This document shows positions 58,541-64,000 of a stretch of 64,000 nt of DNA, in pieces. Origin of the DNA: an uncultured Gemmatimonadales bacterium (GTDB taxonomy: Bacteria > Gemmatimonadota > Gemmatimonadetes > Longimicrobiales > Longimicrobiaceae). The position numbers and the translations under genes are program-made. The stretch spans positions 576,001-640,000 of the forward strand of contig OY970303.1 in NCBI GenBank assembly GCA_963716255.1. The letters run 5' to 3'. Each line of letters starts with the position of its first letter. Within the stretch, counting starts at the first letter, position 1. Below the pieces are notes generated by a model. That model did not search any database. It worked only from the letters and a program-made list of their open reading frames with translations, and was not told the DNA's origin.

Positions 58541-58672
58541 GGGTTCGGGCGTGCCCCCGGCTGGCGCCGGGGTCGGGCTTCGGCTCCGTAGAGCAGCAAA
58601 CAACGCTGCTCAACGGAGTCGAGCCCCGCAAACTGCGCGGGTCTCGCCCCTTCGGGCCGAAATCCCTCACGC
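58541..58672 (-). repeat. Structured repeat family 1, copy H
   Basis: Stem gagcagc-aaacaac-gctgctc. Confidence 0.9.
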
Positions 58673-59159
58673 GACAGGCCCCCTCCCCCCGGCCCCCTCC
58701 CCCGCAAGCGGGAGAGGGGGAGCACTGCGTCGCGTCCACGGACACCCGGCGGGCGTCCTGGGCGCCCCCACCCGGCTCGCTTGAGGCTCGCCACCCTCCC
58801 CCAATTCTGGGGGAGGGTTTCCTGTCGTTCTGGGATTTGCGCCGGGAGGTCGGGGGAGGGTCCGCAGGCAGTGCGTTTGTTCGAAGCCAGCGTGATCCCG
58901 CCCTCACTCGGAGGGCTGGCGAGTGCTCTGCGAGTCCCTTCGGGTGTCGCACTGCCGGAGGAGCCGCCCCCGGCCGACCCCATACCCGGAGCCCGCCGGT
59001 GCGCGCAGTCGTTGCTCCGCTCTCCGCCCGGCACCGGTCCGCCGGGCGAATGATGGACGGCGTTCGCGGCGGGTGTCAAGCGTTGATGAACCGGTCCCGC
59101 GGGGAGAGATTGGGGTGGCCCGGAGACATGGGCGCGAGCGACAACGGAAGGGGAGGACG

Positions 59160-60707
59160 ATGAAGCACGGACCGAGCGACCCCGCGGACTTCCGCGGGGC
59201 CTTCCTGCGGGACCCCGAGGCGCGAGGCCCCTTCGGCGCGGCGTCGGGGATCCTGCGCATGACGCCGGATGCGGTGGCGACCCCGGAGGACGCCGAGGAC
59301 CTGGCGGCGCTGGCGCGCTGGGCGGGGCGCACCCGCACGGCGCTGGTGCCGCGCGGCGCGGGGACAGGGATGCCGGGGGGCAACGTGGGGCGCGGGGTCG
59401 CGGTGGACCTGGTGGCGCGCTTCCGGGGGGTGGAGGAGGTGGACGCGGAGGGGCGGCTCGTCCGGGTGCGGCCGGGAACCACGCTGGCGGAGCTGAACGC
59501 GGCCTGCGCCCCGCACGGGCTGCACTTTCCCGTGGACCCGTCCAGCGGCGCGCGAGCCACGCTGGGAGGGATGATCGCCAACAACTCCGCCGGGTCGCAC
59601 TCGGTGAAGTACGGGGCGGTGCGGCCGTGGGTGCAGGCGCTGGAGGTGGTGCTGGCGGACGGCACGCGGGCGTCGCTGGCGAGGGGGGAGGAGCCGCGGG
59701 AGCCGGCGATGCGGCGCATCCTGGACCGGGTGCGCCGCGAGCTGCGTCCGCACCGGGCGCGCATCGAGGCGCGCTGGCCGCGCGTTCGCAAGAACTCGTC
59801 GGGGTACGCGCTGCGCGAGTTCCTGGAGAGCGGCGACGCCGTGGACCTGCTGGTGGGGAGCGAGGGAACGCTGGCGCTGCTCACCGGGGCGACGCTGCGC
59901 CTGGCGCCTCTCCCCGCCGCGCGCGGGCTGGCGCTGCTGGAGTTCACCTCGCTGGAGCACGCCGGCGAGGCCGTGCGCGAAGTGCTGCGCCACGACCCCG
60001 CCACCTGCGAGATGCTGGACCGCACCTTCCTGGACCTGGTGCGCGGCGGCGGCGACCCCGGCTACCCGCTCCGCCCCGGGCTGGAAGCCGTCCTCCTGGT
60101 GGAGGTGGAGCGCGACTCCGCCGCGGAGGTGGAGCGGGCGCTCGCCGGGATCGCCGCCGCGCTGGAGGGCGTGGCGGACCGCGTGGTCGCCGCCAGCGAC
60201 CCGGACGAGCAGGAGCGGCTCTGGCACCTGCGGCACGCCGCCTCCCCGCTGATCGCGGCGCGGGCCGGCGGCCGCGTGTCCATGCAGTTCATCGAGGACG
60301 GCGTGGTGCCCGTGGAGCGCCTCCCCGAGTACGTCCGCGCGCTCCGCGGCACGCTGGAGCGGCACGCGCTCCCGGCGGTCATCTTCGGGCACGCGGGCGA
60401 CGGCAACCTGCACGTGAACCCGCTGGTGGACGTGGCCGCGGCGGGGTGGCAGCGGCAGGTGGAGGGAATCGTGTACGAGATCGCGGACGCGGTGGCCGCG
60501 CTGGGCGGCACCATGGCCGGCGAGCACGGCGACGGGCGGCTGCGCGCGCCCGTGCTGGAAACCATCTGGGGCGCGGAGATGGTGGCGCTCTTCCGGCGCG
60601 TCAAGGAGGCCTTCGACCCGGCGGGGATCCTGAACCCCGGGGTGATCCTCCCCCTCCCCGGGCAGCGCCCGCTGGACGCCGTCGGCGAGTACCCGGCGCC
60701 GGCCTGA
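59160..60707 (+). CDS. FAD-binding oxidoreductase (GlcD/D-lactate dehydrogenase-like)
   Basis: PRGAGT, DPSS..RATLGGMIANN, GSEGTL, GHAGDGNLH, GEHGDG, FDP.GILNPG. Confidence 0.88.
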   Translation: MKHGPSDPADFRGAFLRDPEARGPFGAASGILRMTPDAVATPEDAEDLAALARWAGRTRTALVPRGAGTGMPGGNVGRGVAVDLVARFRGVEEVDAEGRLVRVRPGTTLAELNAACAPHGLHFPVDPSSGARATLGGMIANNSAGSHSVKYGAVRPWVQALEVVLADGTRASLARGEEPREPAMRRILDRVRRELRPHRARIEARWPRVRKNSSGYALREFLESGDAVDLLVGSEGTLALLTGATLRLAPLPAARGLALLEFTSLEHAGEAVREVLRHDPATCEMLDRTFLDLVRGGGDPGYPLRPGLEAVLLVEVERDSAAEVERALAGIAAALEGVADRVVAASDPDEQERLWHLRHAASPLIAARAGGRVSMQFIEDGVVPVERLPEYVRALRGTLERHALPAVIFGHAGDGNLHVNPLVDVAAAGWQRQVEGIVYEIADAVAALGGTMAGEHGDGRLRAPVLETIWGAEMVALFRRVKEAFDPAGILNPGVILPLPGQRPLDAVGEYPAPA

Positions 60708-60797
60708 GCCGCGCCCCGGGGGCGCACGGAAACCGCTCGTGGCCGGCGGGTTGCAGGCGGGGCGCGGGGCGGCTCCCGGAAACGGGGAGCCGCCCCC

Positions 60798-60826
60798 TTG
60801 CGTTCCGCGGGGATGGCGCATACCTT
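60798..60826 (+). promoter_or_regulatory. Possible sigma70-type promoter for lrp-glnA
   Basis: TTGCGT-17 bp-TACCTT. Confidence 0.4.
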
Positions 60827-60885
60827 GCTTGCGATTGAAAGCAGGAAGTCTAATTCACCTACTTTTTGAAAGCGTTCGATCCAAA

Positions 60886-61356
60886 TTGGCTCGAATCGAC
60901 AGCATCGACCTGCGCCTGCTGACCCTGCTCCAGGAGCACGGGCGCACCTCGCAGCAGGAACTCGCCCACGCGGTGGGGCTTTCCGGGCCCGCCGTGGGCG
61001 ACCGGCTCCGCAAGCTGGAGGAGGCCGGAGTCATCCGCCACTTCGGCGTCGTGCTGGACCCCAAGAAGCTGGGGCGCGACGTCACCGCCTTCATGGCGGT
61101 GGGGATCAGCGGATCGCAGCACTACGCCGACTTCCTGGAGCGCGTCGACGCGCACCCGGAGATCCTGGAATGCCACTCGGTGACCGGGCAGGGCTCGCAC
61201 CTGCTCAAGGTCCGCACCGAGAGCACCTCCACGCTGGAGCGCCTCCTGGCCGAGATCCAGGCCTGGGAGGGCGTCCAGTGGACGCAGACCAGCATCGTCC
61301 TTTCGACCATCAAGGAGACCAGCCGCCTGTCGCTGGACTCGCCACCCCGCACCTGA
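60886..61356 (+). CDS. Lrp/AsnC family transcriptional regulator
   Basis: [31 protein letters not shown]. Confidence 0.9.
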   Translation: MARIDSIDLRLLTLLQEHGRTSQQELAHAVGLSGPAVGDRLRKLEEAGVIRHFGVVLDPKKLGRDVTAFMAVGISGSQHYADFLERVDAHPEILECHSVTGQGSHLLKVRTESTSTLERLLAEIQAWEGVQWTQTSIVLSTIKETSRLSLDSPPRT

Positions 61357-61369
61357 AGGACCATCGCCC

Positions 61370-63571
61370 ATGCCCAAGCCCTCGCCCCGCTTCGACACCC
61401 TTGCCGCGGCCACCGGGTGGACCCCGGCCGCCCGCAACGGCCCGGCCGTGGACCGCCGCAAGAGCGAGCTGACGGACATCGAGTCCATCTTCGGCACCAA
61501 CATCTTCGGCCTGGCGGAGATGCGCTCGCGCCTCCCCAAGCAGGTCTACCGGGCCGTCGTGTCCACGCTGGAGCAGGGGCAGCCGCTGGACCCGGCCTTC
61601 GCCGACGCGGTCGCCATCGCCATGAAGGAGTGGGCGCTGGAGCGCGGGGCGTCGCACTTCACCCACTGGTTCCAGCCGCTCACCGGCCTCACCGCCGAGA
61701 AGCACGACTCCTTCATCACGCCCAACGTGGGCGGCGGTGCGGTGGCGGAGTTCAACGGCAAGGAGCTGATCCAGGGCGAGCCGGACGCCTCGTCGTTTCC
61801 CTCGGGCGGGCTGCGCGCCACCTTCGAGGCGCGCGGCTACACCGCGTGGGACCCCACCTCCCCGGCCTTCATCGTGGAGTCGGCGGCGGGGTGCTACCTG
61901 TCCATCCCCACCGCCTTCGCCTCGTGGACGGGCGACGCGCTGGACACCAAGATCCCGCTGCTGCGCTCGGTGAGCGCGCTGGACCAGCAGGCGCGCCGCG
62001 CGCTCAAGCTGTTCGGCGTGGAGGGCGCCCGGGTGAACGCCACCTGCGGGCCGGAGCAGGAGTTCTTCCTCATCGACCAGGAGTTCTACTACCGGCGGCC
62101 CGACCTGGTGACCACCGGGCGCACCCTCTTCGGGGCGAAGCCGCCGCGCGGGCAGGAGCTGGAGGACCACTACTTCGGCTCCATCCCCGACCGGGTGCTC
62201 GCCTTCATGACCGAGGTGGAGCGCGACCTGTACCGGCTGGGCGTGCCGGTGAAGACGCGGCACAACGAGGTGGCGCCCGGACAGTTCGAGATGGCGCCCA
62301 TCTACGAGAACGCCAACCTGGCGGCCGACCACCAGCAGCTGATGATGCTGACGCTGCGCGGCGTCGCGCGGAAGTACGGCATGGCGTGCCTGCTGGCGGA
62401 GAAGCCCTTCGCCGGGGTGAACGGGAGCGGCAAGCACCTCAACTGGTCGCTGGGAACGGAGTCCGCCAACCTGCTTGAGCCGGGCGACACGCCGCACGAC
62501 AACATGCAGTTCCTGTTCTTCTGCGTGGCCGTGCTGCGGGCGGTGGACCGGCACCAGGACCTGATCCGGGCCTCGGTGGCCTTCGCGGGGAACGACCACC
62601 GCCTGGGCGCCAACGAGGCCCCGCCGGCGATCATCTCGGTGTTCCTGGGCGACCAGCTCACCGACGTGCTGGAGCAGCTGGTGGAGAGCGGGAGCGCCAC
62701 CTCCAGCAAGCAGAGCGGGCTGCTGGGGCTGGGCGCGCAGGTGCTCCCCCACATCCCGCAGCACGCGGGCGACCGCAACCGCACCTCGCCCTTCGCCTTC
62801 ACCGGCAACAAGTTCGAGTTCCGGGCGCTGGGGGCGTCGCAGTCCGTGTCCTTCCCGGCCACGGTGCTCAACACCATCATGGCCGAGTCGCTGGACGAGA
62901 TGTGCTCGATGCTGGAGGGCGAGCTCCAGGGCGGCGCCGACTTCGAGGAGGCGCTCCGCCGGCTGCTGTCCACGGAGATGCGCCGGGTGCGCCGCATCGT
63001 CTTCAACGGCGACGGCTACAACGAGGAGTGGCACCACGAGGCGGAGAGCCGGGGGCTCCTCAACCTGCGCACCACGCTGGACGCCCTGGAGATGCTGGCC
63101 ACGGACAAGAACCGGGAGCTCTTCGCCAAGTACGGCGTCCTGTCGCACCGGGAACTGGAGTCGCGGCACGAGGTGGCGCTGGACCAGTACTTCAAGACCA
63201 TCAACATCGAGGGCGAGACCACCGCCGACATCGCCAGCACCATGATCCTGCCGGCGGCGGTGCGCTACCTGGGCGACCTGCTGGCCGCCACCGACCGCTC
63301 GCGCGGGCTGGGGCTGGAGGCCGGCGGCCTGCGGCGCACCGCGGAAAAGGTGAACGGGCTGGTGGACGAGCTGCGCGACGCGCTGGACCGGCTCATCGAG
63401 CAGAACGAGGAGCTGGGCGGCGAGGAGGTGCACTCCAAGGCGTACCACATGCGCGACCACGTGGTCCCGGCGATGCTGGCGGTGCGCGGCGTCGCGGACC
63501 GGCTGGAAAAGGTGGTGCCGGACGACTACTGGCCGCTCCCCACCTACCGGGACATGCTGTTCGTGAAGTAG
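61370..63571 (+). CDS. glnA: Glutamine synthetase type III
   Basis: [58 protein letters not shown]; 733 aa. Confidence 0.95.
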   Translation: MPKPSPRFDTLAAATGWTPAARNGPAVDRRKSELTDIESIFGTNIFGLAEMRSRLPKQVYRAVVSTLEQGQPLDPAFADAVAIAMKEWALERGASHFTHWFQPLTGLTAEKHDSFITPNVGGGAVAEFNGKELIQGEPDASSFPSGGLRATFEARGYTAWDPTSPAFIVESAAGCYLSIPTAFASWTGDALDTKIPLLRSVSALDQQARRALKLFGVEGARVNATCGPEQEFFLIDQEFYYRRPDLVTTGRTLFGAKPPRGQELEDHYFGSIPDRVLAFMTEVERDLYRLGVPVKTRHNEVAPGQFEMAPIYENANLAADHQQLMMLTLRGVARKYGMACLLAEKPFAGVNGSGKHLNWSLGTESANLLEPGDTPHDNMQFLFFCVAVLRAVDRHQDLIRASVAFAGNDHRLGANEAPPAIISVFLGDQLTDVLEQLVESGSATSSKQSGLLGLGAQVLPHIPQHAGDRNRTSPFAFTGNKFEFRALGASQSVSFPATVLNTIMAESLDEMCSMLEGELQGGADFEEALRRLLSTEMRRVRRIVFNGDGYNEEWHHEAESRGLLNLRTTLDALEMLATDKNRELFAKYGVLSHRELESRHEVALDQYFKTINIEGETTADIASTMILPAAVRYLGDLLAATDRSRGLGLEAGGLRRTAEKVNGLVDELRDALDRLIEQNEELGGEEVHSKAYHMRDHVVPAMLAVRGVADRLEKVVPDDYWPLPTYRDMLFVK

Positions 63572-63600
63572 CCGGTCCGGACGGAGCGGGATGAACGGCA

Positions 63601-63707
63601 GGGTTCGGGCGTGCCCCCGGCTGGCGCCGGGGTCGGGCTGCGGCTCCGTAGCAGACGAAACGACCGTCTGCAACGGAGTCGAGCCCCGACGATACTGCTG
63701 TCGGGTC
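63601..63707 (-). repeat. Structured repeat family 1, copy I (interrupted by IS)
   Basis: Matches the family up to ...CGGGTC, then switches to the IS end. Confidence 0.88.
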
Positions 63708-64000
63708 TGAGCAACCGGATTGATGCTTGACACCACAGACCGGGTTGATGCTTGACACTTCTGGTCTATCAAGTTCCACCTCGGGGGGTGTCCGGCGTCA
63801 GCCGGAGAGTTCCCCCGTTCGCTCGTCCAGCCGCGCCAGGAGCAGGTCGTAGAAGTAGATCGACCACACTCCGTCCTCGATCTCCTCCAACGCCACCTCC
63901 TGCCCGATCAGCAACTCGCTGAGGAAGATCGTCCGGTCGCGGAAGTACAGGATCCCGTTACCCCGCACCCGGCGCACCACACAATGCCCCGCGTACTGCG
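63708..64000 (-). mobile_element. Right end of an IS481-family-like insertion sequence (partial)
   Basis: Starts TGAGCAACC; two 19-bp direct repeats CCGGRTTGATGCTTGACAC (63715-63733, 63740-63758); lower GC; transposase-like C-terminus. Confidence 0.7.
63798..64000 (-). CDS. C-terminus of an IS481-like transposase/integrase (partial)
   Basis: QYAGHCVVRRVRGNG...GQEVALEEIEDGVWSIYF...LARLDER resembles IS481-family C-termini. Confidence 0.7.
   Translation of the reverse strand, partial: QYAGHCVVRRVRGNGILYFRDRTIFLSELLIGQEVALEEIEDGVWSIYFYDLLLARLDERTGELSG

Noticed and set aside
58880..59100. Possible riboswitch or ORF upstream of the FAD oxidoreductase
   Set aside because: Only generic GC-rich hairpins; no recognisable aptamer consensus or credible coding signal

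Overview
A very GC-rich bacterial chromosomal segment. Protein sequences and gene order suggest Gemmatimonadota (Longimicrobium-like); this is inferred from recognition, not a search. Most of it is housekeeping: larC, gltX, purH, purN, nadA, an IscA/ErpA carrier, gmhB-like, fabI, valS, etfAB, a complete nuoA-N operon, dcd, glpD, a Fur/PerR regulator, an Lrp regulator and glutamine synthetase III. It also holds a signalling operon (a ~2,450-aa poly-HAMP hybrid kinase, CheR, CheB and a REC-PAS kinase) and the right end of an IS481-like element at the window edge. The most unusual signal is non-coding: a set of related, highly structured intergenic repeats. Family 1 has 9 copies of ~135 bp whose ends resemble the Flavo-1 RNA motif. 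A divergent inverted pair (1b) lies between nuoI and nuoJ, and family 2 has 4 three-hairpin copies. Stem sequences differ between copies but keep compensatory pairing, while a 7-nt loop (GYHGTWT; AWACDRC on the other strand) is conserved in all families. Whole hairpin modules are shuffled between copies. One accessory lipoprotein gene is bracketed by direct copies of element plus terminator, and one copy is interrupted by the IS. Alignments and start positions were judged by eye.
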